DNA of 63,703 bases, counting the filler, from an uncultured bacterium (lineage in GTDB: Bacteria; DAOPZR01): the NCBI GenBank assembly GCA_964637655.1. It is 3 parts of 3 records of this genome, joined end to end, with 100 filler letters (N's around TTAATTAATTAA, not from the genome) between each part and the next. Parts side by side here need not be neighbours in the genome. Positions count along the whole stretch, not along the records: positions 33,518 to 63,703 come from CAZWUZ010000013.1; 2 more parts are not named here. One strand, given 5' to 3'. Numbering within the stretch: the first letter of the stretch is position 1; each line of letters begins with the position of its first letter. Below, one piece after another: positions 39,501 to 51,830 of this stretch. A program made the position numbers and the translations under genes. The notes beneath the pieces were generated by a model. That model made no database searches, was not told the DNA's origin, and saw only the letters and a program-made list of their open reading frames with translations.

Positions 39501-42500
39501 GTTTCACCAGCAGCGTCACGCTGACCTGCACCCCGGGGAGCGTGACCCCGGCAACGAGCGGAGCGTTCACCGCCGGTGTGCTTGGCAACCAGGCCTGTAC
39601 CTTCAGCGAGCGCGGCGACGTGGTGCTGACCGCAAGTCGAAGCGCGGCGACAACCGACCTGATCATCTCTGAGTACGTCGAAGGCGGTTCGTTCAACAAG
39701 TACATCGAGATTTATAACGGCACGGGTGCGCCGGTCAACCTCGCAAATTATGTCCTGCGCATGTACAACGGCGGCGCCACCACCCCGACTGCCGACACGA
39801 CCATGTCCGGCATGCTCCCCAGCGGTTCGGTATTGATTGTCCGGCACGGGTCGGCCGTAATTTACGGCGGTGCGGCCTGTATTTCGAGTACGGTTGCCAA
39901 CTATAACGGCGATGATGCTGTCGCGTTGTTCACGGTCGGCGGGGATACGGTGGATATCTTCGGTTGTATCGGTGAGGATCCCGGGAGCGCCTGGACGGTC
40001 GGGGCGAATACAACCGTCAACAAGACCCTGGTGCGCAACGCGAATATTCTGACCGGCAATACCGCCAATACCCCCGGGTTCCCGACGCTGGGGACGGACT
40101 GGACGCAGTACAACCAGGACGAGGCCGGCTACCTCGGTTCCCACACGGTCAGCGGTAGTTCGGCGAGCGGCACCATGGCACTGACGGTGCGGCCGGTGGA
40201 AACGGCGTCGGCCATCACCTGCCTGACCGCGGCGTCGGTGAGCGGGGTGGTCATCGACACGCATCTGGCGGGCGACACGCTGTATGTGCGTTTGACCGAC
40301 GACGACGCCAACCGCTACCGCACGCGCATCGACACCGTCACGGTGACCCTGAATGTGCTCATGCGCGGCGACACGGAGACCATCGTGCTCACGGAAGGCA
40401 CGGCCGACACCATGTACTTCTACGGCAGCATTCTGTCGCGGGTCTGGCCGGCGGCGCTGGTCGGCAACGGCCTGCTGGATGTGCGTCCGGGTGACACGGT
40501 GACGCTGCGCTACGAGGATCCGGACACGGCGGCGGATGTCGCGCTGCAGACCGACACCTTCGACCTGCGCACGGCGGCGGTGCTGCTGGTGGCGGATGCG
40601 ACGTGGACGGCGGTGACGGGCTTCCTGGCCGGCGACAGCATCTTCATCGAGATCAGCGATGCCGATGAGGACACGCTCCCGGCCGCCGTCAACATCGTGT
40701 ATGTCGTGCTGCACACCGAGGTGGCGGATGATACCGAGGTGCTCGCGCTCTTTGGCACTGCCAACGCGGCGGACACCTTCCGCAACAGCATCCTGACGGA
40801 CACGCTGGCGGCGGGGGTAGGCAACGGCATCCTTTCGGCCGCGGCGGCGGGTGACACGCTGACCGTGACTTACGTGGACAGCAACGACGGGGCCGACACG
40901 GAGCGTGCCTACCCGGTGCGCCTGGTGGGTGACGGGCCGGCGCGCATCGTGCTGGCCAACAGCGCGGGCATGGAACAACCCACCTATACGCTGGGCGATA
41001 CGGTCTATATCACCCTGTTCGACCGTGACCAGAATATCCACCTCGACCGGGCGGAGACAGTGACGGTGCTGCTGGTGGCGGAGAACGGCGAGACGTTATG
41101 GGTGATGTTGACCGAAAACGGGCTGAACAGCGACACGTTCGTCGGGCAGGTGCTGACGGTGAGTGGCGGACCCGACACGGCAAACGCCACCTTCCAGCCG
41201 TCGCTGGGCGATTCGCTTTCGGTCTACTACACCGATGCGGACAGCGTCACTGACAGCGTACTCGATACGGCGGCCGTCGCCAATGTCACGCAGAGCTACA
41301 CCCTGCTGACCGGCAGCAGCATGGTGTCGGTGTCCGGCTACGTACTGGGCGACACCATCTACATTGTGGTGCGTGACGGCGACGAAAACAGCGACCCGGC
41401 GACCGTACAGCAGGTGATTGCCACGCTCGGCAACGGCGCGGACACGGAAACGGTCATCCTCACCGAGGCGGGCAATGACACTGAGACGTTCTCCGGGCAG
41501 ATCCTGTCGGCGGTGGCGGCGGCGAGTCCGGGAGACAGTGTCTTCCAGAGCAGTGCGCTGCAGGACACGGTCTGGGCGTATTACGTCGACAACGACACGG
41601 CTGCCGACAGCAGCAGTGCCAGCGCCCGGGTGGTTGCGCCGCAGGCGTCCACGTTGCGCTTCACCAACAGTACCTACACGGCGGCGGCAACGTCCTACCG
41701 CGCGGGCGACACGGTCTATGTCGAACTGGTCGACCCGGACCGCAATCTCAACCTGGCGGCGGTCGAATACGCCTACGTCATACTCGAGACAACGCGCGGC
41801 GACAGCGAATTCGTCACGCTGACCGAAATCTCGGTGAGCAGCGACACCTTCCGCGGCCAGTACCTGTCGTCGTCGCAACCGGCGGTGACAGCGGCCAACG
41901 GCAGCATCGAGGGTATCGGCGGCGACACGGTGCGCGTGACCTACACCGGCTACGGCAGCGACAGCGGCAGCGCGCAGGCATGGTTCGATTCGCCCGCGCA
42001 GATTGCGCTGCTCGGCGCCAACCAGGCGGCTACGTACGGCTATTATCCGGGTGACACGCTCTACGTGCGCGTGGTCGATTTTGATGCCAATCGCGACCCG
42101 CTGGCCGCGGAGACGGTGACGGTGACCTTGTGGACGACGGAGCGCGGCGACACGGAAACGGTCGTGCTCACCGAGGCGGGCACTGACACCATCATCTTCC
42201 ACGGCAACATCCGCGTCGATTCGGCGCTGACGGTGCCGACGCCGTACAACGGGATCATTGAGGATACGGTCGAGCTCGACACGTTCTACGCGCGCTACAC
42301 GGACGCCGACTACGCGGGAGACACGGCGCTGGCCAGCCACCTGTCGCTGACCTGGCTGCGCGAAATCCAGGCAATACCATTCCGCTACGGGCCGAACTTC
42401 ATCCCGCTGGTCAGCAACAAGTACGTGCGGGTCATCGGCACGGTGACGGTGGACACGCGCACGCTCAAGACGGCAGTCGATGGCGACTACGACACGCGCA

Positions 42501-45500
42501 TCGCCTGTATCACCGACTCGAGCGGCTACGGTGTCGCCATCTACTCGTCACCGAACCTGTCGCTGGCCGGGCCGCTGCAGCCGGGCGACGTCTTCCTGTT
42601 CACCGGCAAACCGACCGAGTACCGCGGCTGGACGGAACTGACCCTCTACGCGCCGCTGAGCAGCGCGGCGGTAAAACTCGGTTCGCTCCCGGCCCCGGCG
42701 CCGCGCACCTTCACCACCGGCGAGTACCCGTACGAGAATGGTGTCTGGTCGGATGGCGAAATGCTCGAAGGGTTGTACGTGCGCTACAGCAACATGCGGG
42801 TTTCCAGCTGGGACCTGGCCAACCGTGCCATCGGCATCAATGACGGCAGCGGCGAACTGCTCATCCGCGACGGGTTCACCTGGTTCTCCGATGCGGTGGC
42901 AGTCGGCGACACGGTGAGCGTCACCGGGTTCTTCTGGCAGGATGACGGAGCCGACCCGCGCGACCAGCACTACTACATCCGGCCGCAGCAGCCGCGTGAC
43001 GTCTACCGCCTCATGGTCGACCAGCCGATTCCTTCCGACACCTCGTATGCCGCCCCGGGTGACACGGGGACGGCGCTTGCCGTGCGCATCAAGGGCGCGG
43101 TGGTGCAGGATACCCTGACGGCATTCGCGGTGACGACGCTGGGCAACCTGACCAACGCGCAACTCACCCGGGTGTCGCTCTGGGTGGACAGCAACAGCCG
43201 CTACGACGCCGGCACGGAAGCCCCGGTGGGTGACCTGGTGTGGAACGCGGCGACCACGGCGTGGGAATGGACGGGCGCCTGGCCGCTGACGCTGCTGAAT
43301 GGCGACAGTTTCACCGTGGCGGTGCAGGTCAAGACCGCGGGGGTGGCGGACGGCGATTCGTTCCTCGCGCGGGTGCGCAGTGACAGCGTGACTACCGCGG
43401 TCAGCGGCAGCGGCATTGACAGTGCCGTGACGGCGCCACACGCTTTCTACGTGGACGGGCCACCGGTGCTCTACGGGCTGACCCTGGCCAGCGACAGTCC
43501 GGCCTACCGCTACCCGGCGGCGTTGAGCGTCGACACGAACACGGTGCAGGACACGGTCTGGTTCAACGGCGCGCAGGTGCAGAACTGCACCTTCACCGTG
43601 CTGTTCAGCGACGTGCGCACCGATTCGCCGACGCATGTGCAGGGCTCGCAGAACTTCGGCAGCGCGCCGTCCGACTGGGACATTACGGGGGGCTGGCTGC
43701 TGTCCTACCCGAACGTGACGGGCAACGCCGACACGCAGGTTGTCGTCCATGTCTACGACATGATCGGCAACCACGACTCGGTGACGGTCAACTTCATCAA
43801 CGATACGCACCCGCCCACCGCGCTGGCACTGCTCTACCCGGCCGACGCCTCGGGCACGACGGCAACCACGGTGCCGTTCGCGTGGAGCGCGGCGACAGAC
43901 ACGGGGAGCGGATTTGCCCGCTACCGCTTCGAACTTGACACCTCGGCGGTGACGGCCGGCTACGAGTACAGCACCGACACGACCGACACCTGCCTGACGG
44001 GCGTGCTGCTGACGGCTGATACCGTCTACGCGTGGCGGGTCGTCGCGTACGACAATGTCGGCAACACCGTGACGGTGGCGTCGCGGACGCTGACCGTCGA
44101 CCATACTGCACCCGCGGTGACGCTGGTCAAGCCCGATTCGGGCTCGCTGACGAATGATTCGTACGCGCAGGTCTACGCGCTCTACAGCGACGCGCTGGCG
44201 GGTATCGATACGCCGTTAGTGACGCTGACGGTGGATACCGGCACCGGCGCGCGTGCGGTGGCCGCTACGGTCAGCGAGACGGGCATCTGGTACACGCCGC
44301 CGGCCGGGCACAGCGACTCCGGCCACTTCGGTTGCACGGTCACGCTGGCGGTTTCCGACCGTTCCGGCAACACCACCACGCTGTCGTGGTGGTTCACCGT
44401 CGACCGCATCATGCCGTACCTGAACAGCGTGACGCTGGCCAGCGACAGTGCCAGCGGCTTCTTCAGCCCGGACGGCGCCATCGCGGCAGCAGGAGAAGAC
44501 ACCGTCTGGTTCAACGGACTGGGGGTGCAGACCTGCACCTTCACCGTGCTCTGGAGCGACCTGCACTTGGATTCTCCGGCGTATGTCGCCGGGAGCCAGG
44601 CGTTCGGCAGCGCTCCGCAGGACACCACGGACAGCTGGACGCTGTCCTACACGGTACGCGGCAGCAGCGACACGGTGGTGAGTATCACGCTGCATGACGC
44701 GGCGGGCAATACTGACACGGCGGCGCTGACGGTCAATTTCCGCAGCGATACGACGCCGCCGACGGTACCGCAGTTGCAGACGCCGGCGGAAGGATATGAC
44801 ACGTACGTGCGCACGCTGCTGCTCACCTGGGCGGCGAGCAGCGACACGCAGAGCGGGGTGGCGCGGTACCGGGTCGAAGTCGACACCAGCGCGGCGACCG
44901 CGGGCTACGAGTTCGCGGTCGATACGCCGGGGACGGCCATCTCGCTGTACGGGCTGGCGGACACGAACTATACGTGGCGGGTGACGGCGTACGACAGCGT
45001 CGGGCTGGCGGCAGTGAGTGCGGATTCGCACTTCACGGTCGACCATGACACACCAGTCATCTACAACCCGACGCCGGACAGCGGCAGCACCACCTCGGAC
45101 AGCCGTACGTCGTTCGGGTTCAATTTCACCGATGCCGGCATCCTGTCCGGCATCGACACGACGACGGCGCGCCTCTACCTCGACACCGGCGCGGGGATGG
45201 TTGCCATTGCGCCGGGTGCCTGCAGCATCAGTGCGGTCGGACTCGGCTACACTCCCTCGGCCGGGCTTGGCAACCCGGACACGTTTATCGTCACCTGCAC
45301 GGGCGTGGTGGCGGACAAGGCGGGGAACGTACAGACCTATGTCTGGTCGTTCCTTATCGACCAGACCATCCCCGATACCCCGGCAATCACTTTCCCGGCA
45401 CGGTACCATGACACCAACGTCGCGACCATCACGGTGACCGGCACGACCGCGGAAGGCGGGGACACCATCTTCATCTACCGCGACAACGTGCAGGCCTGTT

Positions 45501-48500
45501 CGCTGGCGCTGGGCGTGGCGACCACCTGGTCGGTGCAGGTCTACCTCGGGGCGGTAAGCGGCACGTACACGTTATCGGCGGTGGCGGTCAACAACATCGG
45601 GCGTTCTGACACCAGCGTCCTCTGGCCGGTGAATTTCGACCGCGATACCCCGGTGCTGACGGTCACCTACCCGGCGACCCCGTACGATACTTCGTGCAGC
45701 CCGGTGGTGATTGCCGGCACCGTCACCGACAACAGCGATACCCCGGTGGTGATCTACTGCGGCAATGGCACGGAGACCGTCACCTTCGCGGTTTCGGCAA
45801 CGGGAACGTGGGGTGGCACGCTCAATCTGACGGGTCCGGACACAACGAACTACACGCTCCGGGCGTCGGATAGCGCGACCAACGCGGTCAGCGCAGCGCG
45901 CGCGGTATTCTTCGACACCAAACTGCCAGATGTCACCATTGTCCCGCCGGCCCTGACTGATACCAACGCGCATACCGTCTGGCTGGCAGGCGCGGCATAC
46001 GATTCGCGCACAGTCATCCCGCAGGTGCGCTACAGCACCGATACAGGCGGCAGCGGCGTGCTGGCGGTGGCGGGCGGCTTGTGGAGCGGCGCGGTCGCGC
46101 ACAGCGCGGTGCTTTCGGGAACAGTGACGGTAAGTGTCGGGGCGCAGGACAGCGCGACCAACTGGGACACGGCAACCAGTGCCCTCTATTTCGACCAGGA
46201 TTCGCCGGTGCTGGGCATCACGCGCCCGGCGGCAGGCACGGATACGAGCGCTGCGCTGGTCTGGTGCGAGGGGACAGCAGTCGATACGCGCGTGGCGGTG
46301 GTCTACGTTGCCTTTACCACCTCGCAGGGACAGACCGGCACGCTGCCGGTGAGCGGCGGGGTGTTCAGCGGCGTGATACCGGCCCCGCTGGCGGGGAGTA
46401 TCACCTGCACCTTTACCGCGGTCGACAGCGCGACCAATACCGGCAGCGTGGTGCTGTCATTCAACCGCGACACGGGCGCACCGGACGTGGTCATTGCCCG
46501 CCCGGCCGTCAGCCCGTACGATACCAACGTCGCGGTGGTGGTGCTGGGCGGCACGGTGACGGATAACAGCGACACGCCGCTGGCGCTTTACTACACGTTC
46601 GGGACGGGGCTCGACAGCGGGTATGTCGCGGTCGGCGTGACGGGGGCATGGGAAAAGGTGGCGACGCTGTACGCCTCGGGGACGCTGACGGTGAACGTCA
46701 CGGGCTCGGACAGCGCGGGGAACGCGGACACTGCTACGACGGTGGTCTACTACGACACGCAGGCGCCGGTGCTGACGCTGGCACAGCCGGCGCATGCCTA
46801 CGACACGGCGACCGACACGGTGATTGTCGCCGGTGCGGCCTACGACAGTCGCGTGGCGATCGGCGCGGTGCGCTATGTCACCGAAGACGGCGCGAGCGGC
46901 TGGCTCTACCCGGCGGCGGGCATCTTCACCGGCGCGGTGCCGCTGAACGCAGCGGCGGGCGAGACGGTGGACATCACGCTGACCGCGGCGGACAGTGCGA
47001 CCAACAGTGGCACGGTGACGGTGTCGGTCTACCACGACACGGTGGCGCCGCGCGTGTCGCTGGCGCGGCCGGCGCAGGGCTACGACACGTCGAGCGCGGT
47101 GGTCTGGTGTGCGGGCGCGGCCTTTGATACGCGCGTGGTCATCACGCAACTCTGGTACGCGACGACGCAGAACGTTTCGGGCTCGCTGCCGGTGAGCAGC
47201 GGCCTGTGGAGCGGTGCGGTGGCGCTGCCCTTCGGCGGCACCATCACCTGCACCTTCACAGCATATGACAGTGCAGGGAATGCCGGCTCCTGCACGGTGA
47301 CGGTCAACCGCGACACGGGCGCGCCGGACGTGGTCATCGCGCGCCCGTCAGTCAGCCCGTACGATACCAATGTGGCGACGGTGGTGCTGGGCGGGACGGT
47401 GACTGACGATTTCGATACGCCGCTGGCGCTCTACTACTCATTCGGGACAGGACTCGACAGCGGCTACGTAGCGGTCGGCGTGACGGGTGCATGGGAAAAG
47501 GTCGCGACGCTGTACGCCTCGGGGACGCTGACGGTGAATGTCACGGGCTCGGACAGCGCGGGCAATATGGACACGGCAATGACGGTGGTCTACTACGACA
47601 CGCAGGCACCGGTGCTGGCGCTGGCGCGTCCGGTGCACGGTTACGATACGGGCGCGGGGAACGTGGTGGTGGTCGGGTCGGCGCAGGACAGCCGCGTGGC
47701 GATCGGTGCGGTGCGCTATGTCACCGAAGACGGCGCGAGCGGCTGGCTCTACCCGGCTGCGGGCATCTTCACGGGCGCAGTGCCGCTGAACGCGGCAGCG
47801 GGCGAGACGGTGGACATCACGCTGACCGCGGCAGACAGCGCGACCAACAGCGGCACGGTGACGGTGTCGGTCTACCACGACACGGTGGCACCGGCGGTGA
47901 CGCTGGCACAGCCGGCGCAGGGCTATGACACCTCCAGCGCGGTGGTCTGGTGCGCGGGCGCGGCCTTTGATACGCGCGTGGTCGTCACGCAACTCTGGTA
48001 TGCGACCTCGCAGAACGTGAGCGGGTCGCTGCCGGTGAGCGGGGGCCTGTGGAGCGGCGCGGTGGCACTGCCGTACGGCGGCACGATCACCTGCACCTTC
48101 ACCGCGTATGACAGCGTGGGGAATGCGGGATCCTGCACGGTGACAGTCAACCGCGACACGGGAGTGCCCGCGGTGACCATCCTGCAGCCGGCGGCTGACT
48201 ATGACACGAATGCGAATGTGCTGGTGGTGCGCGGCACGGTGACCGATGACTTCGATACGCCGCTGTACGTGACGGCGCAGGCGGGGAGCGCGACGGCGGT
48301 CATGCTCACGGTGAGCGCGGGCGCNNNNNNNNNNATGGAGCGGCACGGTGCCGCTGGTGCCGGGCGAGACACAGACGCTGACGGTGAGCGCGACGGACAG
48401 CGCCGGCAATACCGGGACGGATACGCGCTCATTCAACTACGACACGATGCCGCCGGTGCTCAACCTGGCCTACCCGGCAGACGGCTACGACACTGCGGTG

Positions 48501-51404
48501 CCCTACGTCATCATCGGCGGCACGGCAGCTGACTCGCTGGCGCGCATCGATACGGTCTACGTGCGCACGGCGACGGGGTGGACCGGCAGCGCGGCAGTGA
48601 CTGCCGGCGCGTGGTCCTGCTCGGTGCCGCTGAGCGCGGCGAGCACGGTCATCACGGCGTCATGCACCGATGCGGCGACCAACACGATGCTCGATACGGT
48701 GCAGGTCGATTACGACACGGCGGCACCGCTGGTCATCATCACGGCGCCGGCGAACAACAGCGGCACGAGCGTGCAGACGGTGACGGTGCGCGGCACGGCA
48801 GCGGACAGCGTGACGGCGGTCGGCGGCGCCATTGTCCGCATCAACAACGTGCTGACCGCGGTGACGGCGGTGAGCAACGGCACCTTCACGGTGAGCGTGG
48901 CGCTGCCGGCGGGCGCCTGCAGCATCAGCGTCTCGTGCAGTGACGCGTTCGGCGCCTACGGTCACGATACGATTACCGTGACGCTCGATACCGGCGTCCC
49001 GCTGGTGCAGATCACGAATTTCGCGTCAGGCGCGGATACCAGTGCCAGCGTGGCGGTGCCGCTGTCCGGTACGGCGGCGGACAGCTTCAGCGCGGTGAGC
49101 GCGGTGGCGGTGAGTGTCAACGGCAGCGGCACGTCGGTGGTGGCGCTGGCAGGCGGACGCTGGAGCACGGCGGCGAACCTCGCGGTCGGCGTCAACACTG
49201 TCATGGCGACGTGCAGCGACGCGCTGGGCAACGAGACGCGCGCGGTGGCGGTACTCTACTACGACACCGGCGCCCCGGTCATCACCGGGGTGGCGGCACT
49301 GTTCAGCAGCGACAGCGTGGTCGACTACGATACGCCGCTCAGCGCGGCCGCGGATACCATCTGGGTCAACCCGGTGGCGGGGTTCACCTGCACCTTCACG
49401 GTGGCGTTTGTCGAGCCGTCGCCGCTGGCGGTTACCGGAAGCACGAACTTCGGGCAGACGCCGGCGGACACGCAGGCGGCGGGCGGCTGGACGGTCGCGT
49501 ACATCGTTCCGGCCGGGCTGGCGGCTGATACCACAGTCATCATCACGGTGACCGACGTCTCCGGCAAGACCGACACGGTCGCGTACGTGTTCGCGGTCGA
49601 CAACTACTGCCCGGCAGTGACGCTGGTAACCCCCGCGGACCTCGCGGAGACCACGGTGGCAACCCCGCTGTTCGGCTGGACGGCGACCGCGGACACGGGC
49701 GCGGGGCTGGCCTACTTCCGCGTCGAACTCGACACCGACGCGGTCTGGACGGCGGTTACGGCGAATGAGACGACGACCCTGACGACCTGGACGCCGGCGA
49801 CGGCGCTGACCAGCGACACCTGGTACTGGCGTGTGACCGCGGTCGACAGCGCGGGGAACGTGAGCAGCGCGGTGCAGCGCTCGCTGCGCATCCCGTCGAC
49901 CAATTTCACGCCGCCGTTCGCGCTGACCCCGGCACTCGAGGCGGCGGGCGGCGGGCGCTACACGGTGCGCCTCGAATGGACCGCAACCCCGGACACGCGG
50001 GCGACGCGCTACCACCTCTACTACGAGGTTGATGCGGACGGCAGCGACACGCTGGTACACGGCGACACGACGGTAAGCGACACGTATATCAGCGTGCCCG
50101 ACACCACCTGGCGTTCGCCCTTCCTGCTCACCGCGGACACGCGCTACGTCTTCGCCCTGCGCGCGGCGGACACGACGACCGAGGAACAGAACCAGAACGT
50201 GCAGGCAAGCATCTACGTGCCGGCCGTGACTGCGGGCGCCAACGATACCGGCACCGCCTACATCATGACGCCGAACAGCGGCCAGTCGGTGCGCGGCACC
50301 GCGGTGACGGTGGCCGCCGACCTGGTCGATATCGACGCTGACGGGGTGGCGCATGTCACCTTCCAGTACCGGCGCACGGGCGACAGCATGTGGAGCGACA
50401 TCGTCAGCAGCAGCGAGATGCCGAATCCCGACCCGACCTGGCCCTACTACGTGCACTGGGACGTCAACGGTACGCTCGGGGTGCAGAGCGGCATCTACAT
50501 CCTGCGCACGCTCGTCACGTACCGCACCGGGAGCGTGGTCGAACAGCCGGTCTATAAGACGATTTCGTTCGGCGACACGATTGCGCCTGATATCCGCGAA
50601 GAGGACACGGGCGTGCTGCACTGCAAGCAGCAGCGCGTGTGGCAGAACGTGGCGACGGACGTCTACCTCGGCGACGAACGCGACGACCTGCTGCTGCAAC
50701 TGCGCGTGCCGGCCGGGGCAATCAGCGATTCGCAGACGTTCCTGCGCATCGAGCAGTACGACGACCCGAACCGTTACAGCGATTCGCTCGCGGCGGGCGA
50801 ATTCACGAATCTTGGCGAGTTCCGCACGTTCACCTTCACCAACGGTGACACGCAATTCGCCGCGGGACGCGAAGTCGAACTCTGGTTCCCGTATGCTGAC
50901 GCCAACAACGACGGTGTCGTCGACGGGCAGATCCTGTTCGAGACGGAACTCAAACTCTACTGGTACAACGACCGCACGCAGACCTGGGAAGTGGTGCCCG
51001 GCCAGACGATCAACACGGCGGAGAACTACATCCACGCGCGGCTGACACACTTCAGCACGTACGCGGTCTTCGGGCCGGCGGCGGCGGCGAACCTCGACCT
51101 GGTCACGGTGTTCCCCAACCCGTTCCGCCCGAACAACAACAGCGCGGATGACGGCATCCCGTACCAGCCGGGGAACCAGAACTCGGGGATCATCTTCGGC
51201 AACCTGAGCGCGCGCGTGGTGATCGAGATCTACGACCTCAGCGGGCGGCGCGTGGCGCGCCTGCAGCCGGACAACCTCAGCCGCAACGTGCAGTGGGACG
51301 CCTGCGATGAGGACGGCAGCGACGTGGCGAGCGGCATCTATCTTTACGTCATCACCGGCGCGGACGGGAAGAAGCGTGTCGGCAAACTGGGCATTATCAG
51401 GTAG
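33518..51404 (+). CDS. Giant protein C (>=~5,950 aa, 5' partial; ORFs 33548-48324 and 48335-51404 joined across the N gap): three lamin-tail domains, repeated Ig-like units, OB-fold-like region, FN3/Ig repeats, ZU5-like domain, T9SS-like CTD
   Basis: DLIISEY.EG...NKY.EIYNGTG (x2) and IKLNEI...DEWVELYN lamin-tail motifs; many D.E.V.L.E.....G.F.G units; LTHFSTYAVF; VFPNPFRP...WDACDEDG..VASGIY...GKLGIIR; deleting the 10 Ns gives in-frame VSAGA-WSGTVPL. Confidence 0.88.
46462..48147 (+). repeat. Intragenic tandem duplication, 843-bp (281-aa) period
   Basis: CAACCGCGACACGGG anchors at 46462, 47305 and 48148; near-identical protein repeats (GLDSGYVAVGVTGAWEKVATLYASGTLTVNVTGSDSAGN). Confidence 0.93.
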
Positions 51405-51413
51405 GAGCAGAGC

Positions 51414-51821
51414 ATGCGGAGGAAACTGATGCTGGCGGCAGCGGAGCTGCTGGTGCCGGCGACGGCGTGGGCGGCGTTCACGGTCTTCGGGCTGGCGCCG
51501 GCGGCTGACCTCGACAGCGTCACGGTCTATCCGAACCCGTTCCGTCCCGATGACGGGGCGGTGGAGAACGGCATCCCGTATGCCGCGGGGAACCCGAACT
51601 CGGGGGTGATTTTCGCCAACCTGAGCGCGCAGGTCACCATCGAGGTGTTCGCGGCGGACGGGCGGCGCGTGGCGCGGTTGCAGCCGGGCAATGCCAGTCG
51701 CAACCTGCAATGGGATGCGAGTGACGAGGACGGCAGCCCGCTGGCGGCGGGTCTCTATATCTGGGTTATCAGGGACGGCGGCAACCGTGTGCGTACGGGC
51801 CGCCTGCACATCATCCGGTAG
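51414..51821 (+). CDS. Stand-alone T9SS-like CTD/FlgD-Ig protein (signal peptide plus sorting domain only)
   Basis: Signal peptide ending ATAWA; the rest aligns without gaps to the last ~113 aa of giant C (VYPNPFRP...WDASDEDG..LAAGLY...GRLHIIR). Confidence 0.88.
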   Translation: MRRKLMLAAAELLVPATAWAAFTVFGLAPAADLDSVTVYPNPFRPDDGAVENGIPYAAGNPNSGVIFANLSAQVTIEVFAADGRRVARLQPGNASRNLQWDASDEDGSPLAAGLYIWVIRDGGNRVRTGRLHIIR

Positions 51822-51830
51822 GGAGTGGTC

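Noticed and set aside
37991-41041. Long antisense ORFs (also 4866-7256, 49026-51809, 54843-57275 and many others)
   Set aside because: Arg/Gly/His-rich shadow frames expected opposite high-GC3 genes; no motifs or RBS support
48335-48532. C-terminal tail (MERHGAAG...) of the 4,994-aa ORF
   Set aside because: Wrong frame caused by the arbitrary 10-N gap; the real frame continues into 48348-51404
51060-51821. Possible diversity-generating retroelement VR/TR pair (duplicated C-terminal region)
   Set aside because: Differences are not adenine-specific, both copies are coding, and no reverse transcriptase is in the window
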